DNA of 64,000 nt, taken from Macrostomum lignano. Lineage: Eukaryota. Positions 1 to 12,298 of this stretch are shown here, in pieces. The stretch spans positions 250,525 to 314,524 of the forward strand of contig NIVC01001321.1 of the NCBI GenBank assembly GCA_002269645.1, given 5' to 3'. The notes below the pieces were generated by a model. The model was not told where the DNA came from and did no database searches. It worked only from the letters and a program-made list of their open reading frames with translations. The first letter of the stretch is position 1. The number at the start of each line of letters is the position of its first letter. Position numbers and translations under genes: made by a program.

Positions 1-139
1 AGTAAACTAGCAATCTTCGCCCCCCGTTGGGGGACATCTGGATAGAATCTCTGCTCTCTACAGGTAACAAAAAGCCTTCTCAAAGACAACAGACAAACTG
101 CTCAAATAAAGTGCAATGCAAAAAGAAATCATCCCAAGA

Positions 140-770
140 CAGCAAGCATCCCCCAGATAGCAAGCATCCCCCAAATAGCAAGCATCCCCAAGATAGCAAG
201 CATCTTCCAGATAGAAAGCATTCACTAGATAGCAAGCATCCCCCAAATAGCAAGCATCCCCCAGATAGAAAGCATCCCCCAAATAGCAAGCATCCCCCAG
301 ATAGCAAGCATCCCCCAGATAGCAAGCATCCCCCAGATAGCACAGATAGCAAGCATCCCCCAGATAGCAAGCATCCCCAAAATAGCAAGCATCCCCCAGA
401 TAGCAAGCATCCCCCAGATAGCACAGATAGCAAGCATCCCCCAGATAGCAAGCATCCCCAGATAGCAAGCATCCCCAAATAGCAAGCATCCCCAGATAGC
501 AAGCATCCCCCAAATAGCAAGCATCCCTCAGATAGCAAGCATCCCCCAGATAGCAAGCATCCCCCAGATAGCAAGCCTCCCCCAGATAGCAAGCATCCCC
601 CCTCCCGGATAACAAGCATCCCCCAAATAGCAAGCATCCCTCAGATAGCAAGCATCCCCCAGATAGCAAGCATCCCCCAGATAGCAAGCATCCCCCCTCC
701 CAGATAGCAAGCATCCCCCAGATAGCAAGCATCCCCCAGATAGCAAGCATCCCCAAATAGTAAGCATCCA
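140..770. repeat. ~18-bp minisatellite GATAGCAAGCATCCCCCA (also ~3570-4250, ~16400-16960, ~21420-22015)
   Basis: Tandem unit read directly; it explains the SKHPPD, GDACYL and GGCLLS pseudo-ORFs. Confidence 0.95.
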
Positions 771-869
771 CCAGACAATAAGTAGCTAGTGCAACAATTT
801 CCTTAGCTCTATAGTGGCTCCTTTAAAATTGGCATGACGCTTACTTTTAAGTTTGGAATTGTGTATCTT

Positions 870-2860
870 TTATGTTCGACAGGGTGGCTCTTTTATGTTT
901 GGCATGGTGGCTCTTTTATGTTTGACATGGTGGCTCTTTAATGTTCGAAATGGTGGCTCTTTAATATTTGACATGGTGGCTCTTTAATGTTTGACATGGT
1001 GGCTCTTTAATGTTTGACATGGTGTCTCTTTAATGTTCGACAGGGTGACTCTTTAATGTTCGAAATGGTGGCTGTTTAATATTTGACATGGTGGCTCTTT
1101 AATGTTTGACATGGTGGCTCTTTAATGTTTGACATGGTGACTCTTTTATGTTCTACATGGTGTCTCTTTAATGTTTGACATGGTGGCTCTTTTATTTTTG
1201 GAATGGTGTCTCTTTAATGTTTGACATGGTGGCTCTTTTACGTTTGACATGGTGGCTCTTCTATGTTTGACATGGTGGTTCTTTGATGTTTGACATGGTG
1301 ACTCTTTTATGTTCTACATGGTGGCTCTTTAATGTTTGATTCGGGGTTTTTTTAATGTCTGACATGGTGTCTCTTTAATGTTTGACATGGTGGCTCTTTT
1401 ATGTTTGACATGGTGGCTCTTTAGTGTTTGAAATAGTGACTCTTTAATGTTCGACATGGTGGCTCTTTAATGTTCTTCATGGTAGCTCTTTTATGTTTTA
1501 CATGGTGGCTTTTTAATGTTTGACATGGTGACTCTTTTATGTTCTACATGGTGGCTCTTTTATGTTCGACATGGTGGCTCTTTTATGTTTGACATGGTGG
1601 CTCTTTTATGTTTGACATGGTGGCTCTTGTATGTTCGACATGGTGGCTCTTTTAGGTTTGAAATAGTGGCTCTTTAATGTTCGACATGTTGGCTCTTTAA
1701 TGTTTGACATTGTGGCTCTTTAATGTTTTACATGGTGGCTCTTTTATGTTCGATATGGTGGTTCTTTTATGTTTGACATGGTGGCTCTTTAATGTTCGAC
1801 ACGGTGGCTCTTTAATGTTCGACATAGTGGCTCTTTTATGTTTGATTCGGGGTTTTTTTAACGTCTGACATGGTGTCTCTTTAATGTTCGACATGGTGGC
1901 TCTTTAAAGTTTGACATGGTGGTTCTTTACTGTTTGACATGGAGTCACATATATGTTTGACTTGGTGGCTCTTTTATGTTTAACATGGTGGCTCTTTAAT
2001 GTTGGACATGGTGGCTCCTTAATTTTTGACATGGTGGCTCTTTAATGTTTGACATGGTGGCTATTTTATGCTTGACATGGTGGCTTTTTACTGTTTGACG
2101 TGGAGTCACATATATGTGTGACATGGTGGCTCTTTAATGTTTGACATGATGGCTCTTTTATGTTTGACATGGTGGCTTTTTTATGTTTGACATGGTGGCT
2201 TTTTAATGTTCGACATGGTGGCTCTTTTAGGTTTGACATGGTGGCTCTTGTATGTTCTACATGGTGGCTCTTTAATGTTTGACATGGTGGCTCTTTTATG
2301 TTCAACATGGTGGCTCTTTTATGCTTGACATGGTGGCTCTTTACTGTTTGACATGGAGTCACATATATGTTTGACATGGTGGCTCTTTTATGTTTGACAT
2401 GGTGGCTCTTTAATGTTTGACATGACTCTTTAATGTTCCACAATGTGGCTCTTTAATGTTTGATAAGGTGGCTCTTTTAGGTTTTAAATGGTGGCTATTT
2501 AATGTTTGACAAGGTGGCTCTTGTATGTTGGACATGGTGGCTCTTTAATGTTTGACATGGTGGCTCTTTAATGTTCGATATGGTGGCTCTTTAATGTTAG
2601 ACATGGTGGCTCTTTAATGTTAGACATGATGGCTCTTTAATGTTCGACATGGTGGCTCTTTAATGTTAGACATGGTGGCTCTTTAATGTTAGACATGGTG
2701 GCTCTTTAATGTTAGACATGATGGCTCTTTAATGTTAGACATGATGGCTCTTTAATGTTAGACATGATGGCTCTTTAATGTTAGACATGATGGCTCTTTA
2801 ATGTTCGACATGGAGTCACATATATGTTCGACATGGTGGCTCTTTAATATTTGACATTGT
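870..2860. repeat. 23-bp satellite TGTTTGACATGGTGGCTCTTTAA (also ~4480-5965, ~17050-20690, ~22090-23840)
   Basis: Unit length counted from the sequence; the 23-aa period of the pseudo-ORFs equals three units. Confidence 0.95.
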
Positions 2861-2919
2861 GCTTTTTTGTGTTTAGCATTTTGTGTTTTTAAGGTGTTTA
2901 ATAAAAAAATCTTTTTGCA

Positions 2920-2985
2920 CTACTAAGATTCGAACCCAGGTCGCTGCATTAGCAGTCCAGTCTGTTCGCATCTATGCTATTTCTT
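2920..2985 (-). ncRNA. tRNA-derived Pol III head embedded in each Helitron unit (copies at ~6030-6095, 8053-8120, 11345-11410, 15315-15380, 20750-20815, 23905-23970)
   Basis: The minus strand reads TAGCATAGATGCGAACAGACTGGA-CTGCTAA-TGCAGCGACCTGGGTTCGAATCT: an A-box-like TAGC motif, a 7-nt anticodon-type loop, a short variable loop and B box GGTTCGAATC, followed by a T-run. The acceptor stem does not pair, so it is not a functional tRNA. Confidence 0.6.
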
Positions 2986-3443
2986 GTCAATTGGAGAACA
3001 TGAATTGTGGCCCTTATAATTAAATTCTTATAGCAAATCGGTTAGAGTAAAAAGTTATGACATAATCAATTTCTCAGTCAGCCAGTATCAGTGTCAATTT
3101 AAGTTAGCAATATGATTACGCAATTTCAATCAAGTTGTGTGTGCATTTCTTCGGCACTGTTTTCAACTTGTTGTGATGCAATCTTTATCAGAATTGAAAT
3201 TCAGTCAGTCAGTTTTTTCTCTAGCATTCTTACAATGCATTCCAGGTCGAAAGAGCTGCTTGACCTTTGCAAAAAAAGCATGTTTTTCGAATATTTAATC
3301 CCTTTAATACTGAGCAATTTCTTAGCCAAGATGCATGTACCGTCCCAGGAAAATTTCTGATCGAATGGTGCAAGTTTGAAGAAAATCGGTTGAGCCGTTT
3401 TTTCTGAAATGTATCTCACACATACATACACACAGACATTTCA

Positions 3444-6400
3444 CTAGCAATCTTTGCCCCCCGATGGGGGACATCTGGATAGAATCCTTGTTCTTTACAA
3501 ATAACAAATAGACAGCAAAAAAAGCCTTCATAAAAAACAACAGACATTCCCTCTTAAAAACAAAACATCCCAAGACAGCAAGCATCCTCAGACAGCATTC
3601 AAACATCGATCCCCAAATAGCAAGCATCCCCCAGACTGCAAGCATCCCCCAGACTGCAAGCATCCCCCAGACTGCAAGCATCCCCCAGACTGCAAGCATC
3701 CCCCAGATAGCAAGCATCCCCCCGATAGAAAGCAACCCCAGATAGCAAGCATCCCCCCGATAGAAAGCAACCCCAGATAGCAAGCATCCCCCCGATAGAA
3801 AGCAACCCCAGATAGCAAGCATCCCCCCGATAGAAAGCAACCCCAGATAGCAAGCATCCCCCCGATAGAAAGCAACCCCAGATAGCAAGCATCCCCCAGA
3901 TAGCAAGCATTCCCCCAGACCCCAGATAGTAAGCATCCCCCAGATAGCAAGCATCCCCCAGATAGCAAGCATTCCCCCAGACCCCAGATAGTAAGCATCC
4001 CCCAGATAGCAAGCATCCCCCAGATAGCAAGCATCCCCCAGATAGCAAGCATCCCCCAGATAGCAAGCATTCCCCCAGACCCCAGATAGTAAGCATCCCC
4101 AGATAGCAAGCATCCCCCAGATAGCAAGCATCCCCAGATAGCAAGCATCCCCCAGATAGCAAGCATCCCCCAGATAGCAAGCATCCCCCAGATAGCAAGC
4201 ATCCCCCAGATCGCAAGAATCCCCAGACAGCAAGCAAACCCTGATAGCAAGCATAACCTGGATACAAAGAGACCTTATAGATATCTAGCAACCCCCTCTC
4301 AGATAGCAAGTACTCTCCACCCCCAAGAGCAAGCATCCCCCTGATAGCAAGTATCCATCCTTAAATAGCAAGCATCCACCAGAGAACAAGTAGCTAGTGC
4401 AGCAATTTCCTTAGCTTTATAATGGTTCCATTTTGTTTGGCATGACACTTCTTTTATGTTTGAAATGGTGTCTCTTTTTTTAAAAAGGTGGCTCTTTAAT
4501 GTTTGACATGGTGGCTCTTCTATGTTTGACATGGTAGCTCTTTTGTGTTTGACATGGTGGCTCTTTAATGTTTGACATGGTGGCTCTTCTATGTTTGACA
4601 TGGTAGCTCTTTTGTGTTTGACATGGTGGCTCTTCTATATTTGACATGGTGTCTTCTATATTTGACGTGGTGGCTCTTTTGTGTTTGACATGATAGCTCT
4701 TTAATGTTTGACATGGTGGCTCTTCTTGTTTGACATGGTAGCTCTTTATTGTTTGACATGGTGGCTCCCTTATGTGTGACATGGTGTCTTTTTTATGTTT
4801 AAGGTTTGACATGGAGTCATATATGTTTGACATGGTGGCTCTTTTATGTGTTTTATCTCTTTTATGAGTAAACAAACAAGCTTTTTAATGTTTGACATGG
4901 TGGCTCAATAATGTTTTGACATGGTGGCTCAATAATGTTTTGACATGGTCTCTCTTTTATGTTCAATGTTTGACATGGAGTCACATATATGTTTGACATA
5001 GTGGCTCTTTTATGTTTGAGAGGGTGGCTCTTTAATTTTCACCATGATGGCGCTTTAATGTTTGACATAGAGACACGTATAGTATATGTTTGACATGGTG
5101 GCTCTTTTATGTTCGAAATGGTGGCTCTTTTATGTTCGACATGGTGGCTCTTTTTTGTTTGGCATGGTGGCTCTTTTATGTTTGACATGGTGGCTCTTTT
5201 ATGTTTGACATGGTGGCTCTTTTATGTTCGACATGGTGGCTCTTTTATGTTTGACATGGTGGCTCCTTTTTGTTGATATGATGGCTCTTTTATGTTCTAC
5301 ATGGTAACTCTTTTATGTTTGATACGGTGGCTTTTCAATGTCTGACATGGGGGCTCTTTAATGTTTGACATGGTGGCTCTTTAATGTTTGACATGGGGGC
5401 TCTTTAATGTTTGACATGGTGGCTCTTTAATGTTAGACAAAGTGGCTCTTAAATGTTTGACATGATGGCTCTTTTATGTTTGACATGGTGGCTCTCTAAT
5501 GTTTGACATGGTGGCTCTTTAATGTTAGACAAAGTGGCTCTTAAATGTTTGACATGATGGCTCTTTTATGTTTGACATGGTGGCTCTTTAATGTTCGAAA
5601 TGGTGGCTCTTTAATGTTCGAAATGGTGGCTCTTTTATGTTTGACATGGTGGCTCTTAAATGTTAGACATGGTGGCTCAATGTTCGACATGATGGCTCTT
5701 TAATGTTTGAAATGGTGGCTTTGTAATGTTAGACATGGTGGCTTTGTAATGTTAGACATGGTGGCTCTTTAATTTTCGACATGGTGGCTCTTTAATGTTA
5801 GACATGGTGGCTCTTTAATGTTCGACATGGTGGCTCTTTAATGTTTGACATGGTGGCTCTTTAATGTTTGACATGGTGGCTCTTTAATGTTCGACATGGT
5901 GGCTCTTTAATGGTCGACATGGTGGCTCTTTACTGGTCGACATGGTGGCTCTTTAATGTTTGACATTGTGCTTTTTTGTGTTTAGCATTTTGTGTTTTTA
6001 AGGTTTTTGAATAAAAAAATCTTTTTGCACTACTAAGATTCGAACCCAGATCGCTGCATTAGCAGTCCAGTCTGTTCGCATCTATGCTATCTCTTTTCAA
6101 TTGGAGATCATGAATTGTGGCCCTTATAATTAAATTCTTATAGCAAATCGGTTAGAGTAAAAAGTTATGACATAATCAATTTCTTAGTCAGCCAGTATCA
6201 GTGTCAATTCAAGTTAGCAATATTGTTACGCAATTTAAATCAAGTTTTGTGTGCATTTGTTCGGCACTGTTTTCAACTGGTTGTGATGTAATCTTTATCA
6301 CAATTGGAATTCAGTCAGTCAGTTTTTTCTCTAGCATTCTTACAATGCATTTCAGGTCGAAAGAGCTGCTTGACCTTTGCAAAAAAGCATGTTTTTCGAA

Positions 6401-6606
6401 TATTTAATCCCTTTAATATTGAGCAATTTCTTAGCCAGGATGCATGTACCGTGCCAGGAAAATTTCTGATCAAATGGTGCAAGTTTGAAGAAAATCGGTT
6501 AAACCAATTTTTCTGAAATCTATCGCATACCGACAGACAACTCATTTTCAGTATATTGGATTTTTAGTATATAAAGGAGAAGATAGGAAGATTTAGTATA
6601 TGTAGA
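3444..6606 (-). mobile_element. Helitron-like unit 2 (subfamily A)
   Basis: Same order of parts as unit 1; ends TTTAGTATATGTAGA directly before the CTAG of unit 3. Confidence 0.8.
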
Positions 6607-8610
6607 CTAGCAATCAGCGCCCCCCGTTGGGGAGCCAAAAAAATGCAGTACAAGTTTTTTTTAATAAACTACATGTAAGCGTCTCTTTGCATTATAGTTT
6701 GTAAGCCTTGACATGTCAGAAAATCCCCCCACAAGCCTTAGCATATCAACCCCCTTGACATCTTAGCAATGCCCCATAAGCCTTGAAATCTTAAAAAATC
6801 TGTCAACCTTTTAACCCTAACCCTAACCCTAACCCTAAAGCATTGACATTTCAGTAATTCTCTCCAACAGTCATTATAGCACTACAGCATTATAGCGATT
6901 CCCTGCAAGCCTCGACATCGTAGGGATTCCCAAATGAATCTCTTAACTTCGACATGAAGCTTCTTTTATTTTTTACATTACGCTTTTTCTATCAGCGATC
7001 CCTCCCGTGAGCCAACAAATAATGAAAAAAAGTTTTCAATATACTACATGTAGCTTGACTTTAGCCTTGACATCTCATTTATTCCCCCATGAGCCTTGAC
7101 ATCTCAGCTATCCCCCCGTAAGCCTTGACATGTCAGCTATGGCCCCCATAAACCTTGAAATCTAAAAAATCCCCTGTTAACCTTGAAACCCGCTAAAATA
7201 TAACCCTCAACCCAAACCTGACCTAAACCTAACTTTAACCCAACCTAAAGCCTTGAAATCTCAGCAATTCTTCTCCCCTAAGCCTTGACATTTTAGTGAT
7301 TCCTTCTTCAAGAATCACAGCACTATAACGATTCCCTCCAAGCCTTGACATCGTAGCAATTCCCAAATGAATCTTTTAACTTCGACATGACTCTTCTTTT
7401 ATGTATACATAGTGCTTCTTTTCTTTTTTACATGACTCTTCTTCTATCAGCGCCCCCCGTGGCGAGCCAACAAAGAATGTAATAAAAAAATTGAGTAAAG
7501 TACATGTACTTTGAAGTAGTTTCTGACTTTTGCTTTGACAGCTCAAACCCCCCCGTAATCTCAGTTTTTCTCCGTAAGCCTTGACATCTCAGTAAGTCTC
7601 CCCAGCACAGCACAATAGCTTCATTTAATTTTTACATGACACTTCTTTCAGGTCTGACATGACGCTTCGTTTGATTTTTACATGACGCTTCTTTTATTCT
7701 TCCATGACGCTTCTATGATATCTCAAATGACACTTCCATTAGTTTTTATATAAGGCTTTTTTAAAATGACGCTTCTATGATTGTTTACATGACGCTTCTA
7801 TGATTGTTTATATGACGCTTCTATGATTGTTTATGTGACGCTTTTATGATTTTTTACATGACGCTTCTATGATTTTTTTCATGACGCTTCTATGATTGTT
7901 TATATGACGCTTCTATGATTGTTTACATGACGCTTCGATGATTGTTTACATGACGCTTCTATGATTTTTTACATGACGCTTCTATGCCTTTTTAAATGAC
8001 GCCTTTTGTCCTTTATTTGTCCTTTAATAAAAGCTTTTAATAAAAAACTTTTCACTACTAAGATTCGAACCCAGGTCGCTGCATTTGCAGTCCAGTCTGT
8101 TCACATCTAGGCTAGCTTTTATCGAATTTATAAATGAAATTGTAGCACTTATATAATTTAGCACTCACTCACGAAGCAGTTATGACATAATCAATTTCCC
8201 AGGCAAGTCAGTATCAGTCTCAATTTAAGTTGACAATATGGTTACGCAATCTAAATCACGTCTGGTGCTACGCTTCCACACTGCATTTTCAATACTGTGA
8301 CGCAATTCAAGTTGGAGTTACAATTCAGTTATGATGCAATCTATTTCAGAATCAGAATTCAACCAGTCAGTTTTTTTCTAGCATTCTTACAATGCATTTC
8401 AAGTCGAAAAGTTTGCTTGACCTTTGCAAAAAAGCATGTTTTTCGAGTATTTAATGCCTTTAGCATCAAGCAATTTCTTAGCCAAGACACATGTACCGTC
8501 ACGGGAAAATTTCTGATCGAACAGTGCAAGTCTCATGAAAATCGGTTAAGCCATTTTTTCTCTAATCGATTACAAGCAAGCAAGCAAGATTTTCATTTTT
8601 AGTATATGGA
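6607..8610 (-). mobile_element. Helitron-like unit 3 (subfamily B)
   Basis: CTAG plus CGCCCCCCGTTGGGGAG hairpin; AAGCCTTGACATCTCAG repeats, (TAACCC)4, a CATGACGCTTCTATGATTGTTTA 23-bp array (~7770-7990), tRNA-like head and TTTTAGTATATGGA terminus. Confidence 0.75.
6812..6838. repeat. Interstitial telomere-type repeat (TAACCC)4
   Basis: TAACCCTAACCCTAACCCTAACCCTAA, the complement of TTAGGG; a degenerate version lies at ~7201-7248. Confidence 0.85.
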
Positions 8611-11600
8611 CTAGCCAATTCCAACCCCCGTTGGGGCTTTCCGTTCAAACTCCAATCACAGTTTTCCCCATTCACAAAATCCCGATGCAAAAAATCTCAC
8701 ATGCAAAGAATCCCCTATCCAAAGAACCCCCAATCGATAGAATCACCGATCCGAGGAATTCCCCTTTCAAGGAATCCTCCCATCTGAAGAACTCCCCATC
8801 CAATGAATCCCCTACTCAAGAAATCCCCATCCACAGAATCCCCATCCAAAGAATCCTCCATCCATCCATATCCAAAGAATCCCCCAAATAATTCATATCA
8901 TAATCCCCATCCACAAAATCCCCATCCAAAGAATCCAAAGAATCTCCCATCCAAATAATCCCCCCCCCCCTATTAATAGAATTATTGATCAAAGAATTTC
9001 CTCATCTAAAGAACCCCGTCCATTCTAAAGAACTCTTTAGAAATTATTTCTTTTTAAAGAATTCTTTCCATTCTAAAGAACCCCCGTCCAAATATCCCCC
9101 ATCAAAATAATCCTTTATTTAAAGAATCCCCGATTCAAAAAATCCTCCATCGAAACAATGCCCCATCGAAGGAATTCCTCAATGAATCAAAGATATACAT
9201 TAAAAGCATCCCTCATCCAAAGAATCATCAATCCATAGAATTTCCCCCAAGACTTACAATCTCAGTCATTCCGCCAAGCCTCAACACCTCAGAAATTTCC
9301 CCCAAGCATTGACATCTCAGCAATCCCGCCCCAAGCCTTGACATCTCAGAAATTCCCCAAGCCTTGACATCTGAACAAGTCCCTCTTAAGCCTTGGCATC
9401 TCAGCAATTCCTCGACGGCGACAAGATTAGACATCTCAGCAATTTACCCCCCCCCCCTAAGACTTGACATCTCAGCAATTCTCCTCACAAGCCTTGGCAT
9501 CTCAGCAAGTCTCTCTTTAGGTAAGATTTTATATACATGTATCTTAATAATTCCCCTGTAAATCTTGACATCTTAGAATTCTCTTCCGAGCAAGCATCCC
9601 CCAAGAGCAAGCGTCCTTCTGATAGCAAGCATCCCTTGATAGAAAGTACCCCCAGCAAGATTAGTGAAACAATTTCCTCAGCTAGCCAATTCCAACCCCC
9701 GTTGGGGCTTTTCGTCCAAACTCCAACCACAGTTTTCCTACACAATAAAATTACACCCAACTGAATCTCCCATATAAAGAATCTCCCATCCAAAGAATCC
9801 AACACCCATAAAATCCACGATACAAAGAATCTCACATGCAAAGAATCCGCCATCCAAAAACCTCCCATCGATAGAATCCCCTATCCGAAGACTCATCTAA
9901 AGAATCCCCGTCCAAACAATCCCATATCCAAAAGGATCCCTTTATCGAATGAATCCTTCATCTAAAGAATCCCCCATTCAAAGAACCCTCCATTGAAAGA
10001 ATCCCCCATCGAAGGAATTTCCCAATGAATCACCTATCCAAAGATATCCATTAGAAGCAGCCCTTGTGGAAAGAATCTCCAATCCATAGAATTCCCCCCA
10101 AGAATTGACATCTCAACAATTCCCCCCAAGCCTTGACACCTTAGTAATTCTCTCTTAAGCTTTATTATCTCAGAAATTCGCTCTCAAGATCTGAAATTTC
10201 AGGAATTCCCCCCTCCCAAGACTTGACGTCTCAGCAGTGCTCCAAGTAAGCCTTTGTATCTCAGTGATTCTCCCAGTAAGTTTTTACATCTTAGCAATTT
10301 CTCCCCGTCCAAAGCCTTGCTATCTCAGCAGTTCCCCCTTAATCTTTGAAATCTCAGCAATTCCCCTCCCTCAAGACTTGACATTTTAGAAATTCCCCCA
10401 TGCCAGCAGTTCCCCCATTAAGCCTTTATATCTCAGAAATCCCCCCCAAGCCTTAACATCTCAGTGATTCCCCCAGTAAGTCTTCGCATCTTAGCAATTT
10501 CTCCTCGTCCAAAGCCCTGACATCTCAGCGATTCCCCCCCCACAACTTGACACCTCAGAAATTCCCCCACGGCTTGAAATCTCAGCAATTTCCTCTTAAG
10601 CCTTGACATCTCAAAAATTCCCCTAGTAAGCCTGCATATCTGAATAATTCCCCAGTATGTCTTGACATCTTAGCAATCTCCCCCGAGCAAGCATCCCTCC
10701 CCTAAGAGCAAGCGTCCTTCCGATAGCAAGCATCCGCTGATAGAAAGTACCCCAAGCGAGATAGTAAAACAATTTCCTCAGCTAGTACAATAATTAATGT
10801 CTTATCTATTTTTTATTAGAGGCAGGGGGGTTGTGTGCACCCTGGCGCAATTTAAGCGTCAATATTGGCACACAACCGGCAAGAGGCATTACTGCCCATT
10901 CCGCCGACTCCCCTGAGCAGGCACACAAGCGCGCGGATACGTTACGCAGGCACACACTCACACAGGAGTGTACAGCGGCCCTAACTTTATCAATTGTTAG
11001 GCATGTACACTTCACTGCGCCTTGGGGGGGGGGTTGGCTCTCAAGGCCGTTAATTGCACAAGCGAGCCAAGCCAAGATTCCAATCCAGCCCCAAATTAAT
11101 GTGGCTGCACTTGGAATCGAGCCTGGGTCGCGGCACACCAGAGCAGCTGCGCTACCGCTGGGCTACGGCCCCCTAATGTCTTACCTAGTGCAATAATCCT
11201 TTTTAAAATTGAAAGTTTAATAAAAATTTTTGAATATACTACATGAACGCTCGTAGCTTCTTCTCTTTTACTTGATTTACTTGACGTTTTTTTAAGTTTC
11301 CTTTAACTGTCTTGAAATTTAAATTTTTAATAAAAAACTTTTACAATCTAAAAATTCGAACCCACGTCGCTGCATTAGCAGTTCAGTCTGTTCACCTCTA
11401 GGCTAGCTCTCATTGCTTTCATAACATGAATTTTAGCACTTATAATATATAATTCAACACTGAAAACTCCAAGCATAGGATAGAAATCACTCGAAACAGT
11501 CAGTTTCAATTATTAAAGTCAACAATTAATTAAAGTCAACAATATGGTTACGCAATCTAAATCTAAATCAAATGGCGCTGGCTTGAATTGTGGAGTTGCG

Positions 11601-12298
11601 ATAAAGTAGGGTTTGCGATATGGGAGAGTGTACAATGAGTATATAAAGTAAAAAGCATAGAAATCTTCTTTTCAATGCTGTGATTTTAATTTTTCGAATT
11701 TCAGCAAACAAATTATGTTCCCGAACTCAGCGTTTCTAGCTCTTTCCAGTAATACAAGGCTCTCTTCTGAAAGTAAAAAACTCGAAGCACAAACAACGGT
11801 TGAACATTCCTGCTTTAAAGTATTCAAATTCAAAAGGTGTACATTCAGCGCCAGCTACAGTGAGAGGCCTGCAAGTTGATGCATTGAAATTAACAACCAA
11901 GCCAATGCCCAGGACTAATTGAATAACGACACCCGCCCCTCAATTTCAATAACTTAAAGGTGTTGTGCAACCTTTCAACGCTTGTAGCTCTCCACGCGAG
12001 TGTAGAGAACCAATGCTATAGTTGGCACTGAGTTATGATGCAATACAATTCCATCGGCAGTCAGACTGCTTCTCAATCGGAAAGAACTGTTTGAACTTAA
12101 AAAACTTGGCGAAAAATCGAGTTTTTCGAATATTTAAGCCCGAAAAAATGAAGCAATTTCTTAGAAAAATTTTATGTACCTGCGCACCATCAATACGCAT
12201 CGAATGCAGAAGACCCCAGGAAATTCCGACCACGCAAAGTCAAGTTAAACGACGGTTCCTATAGATAGGTACATAGTTTTGATTTTTAGTATATTGGA
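8611..12298 (-). mobile_element. Helitron-like unit 4 (subfamily C, with nested SINE)
   Basis: CTAGCCAATTCCAACCCCCGTTGGGG end, repeated internally at 9682; AAAGAATCCCCATCC and AAGCCTTGACATCTCAGCAATTCC repeats; tRNA-like head; terminus TTTTTAGTATATTGGA. Confidence 0.75.
10809..11173 (-). mobile_element. Full-length tRNA-derived SINE with target-site duplication
   Basis: Minus-strand head GGGGCCGTAGCCCAGCGG (A box) ... GGCTCGATTCC (B box), with an A-rich tail. Flanking direct repeats TAATGTCTTA(T/C)CTA at 10795-10808 and 11174-11187. Confidence 0.8.

Larger units (their letters stand above)
7..3443 (-). mobile_element. Helitron-like unit 1 (subfamily A: 18-bp plus 23-bp satellites)
   Basis: CTAG at 7-10, hairpin at 19-33, 18-bp array, 23-bp array, tRNA-like head, then a terminal ACATACATACACACAGACATT segment that lacks the last ~15 nt of the 5' end. 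Confidence 0.8.
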
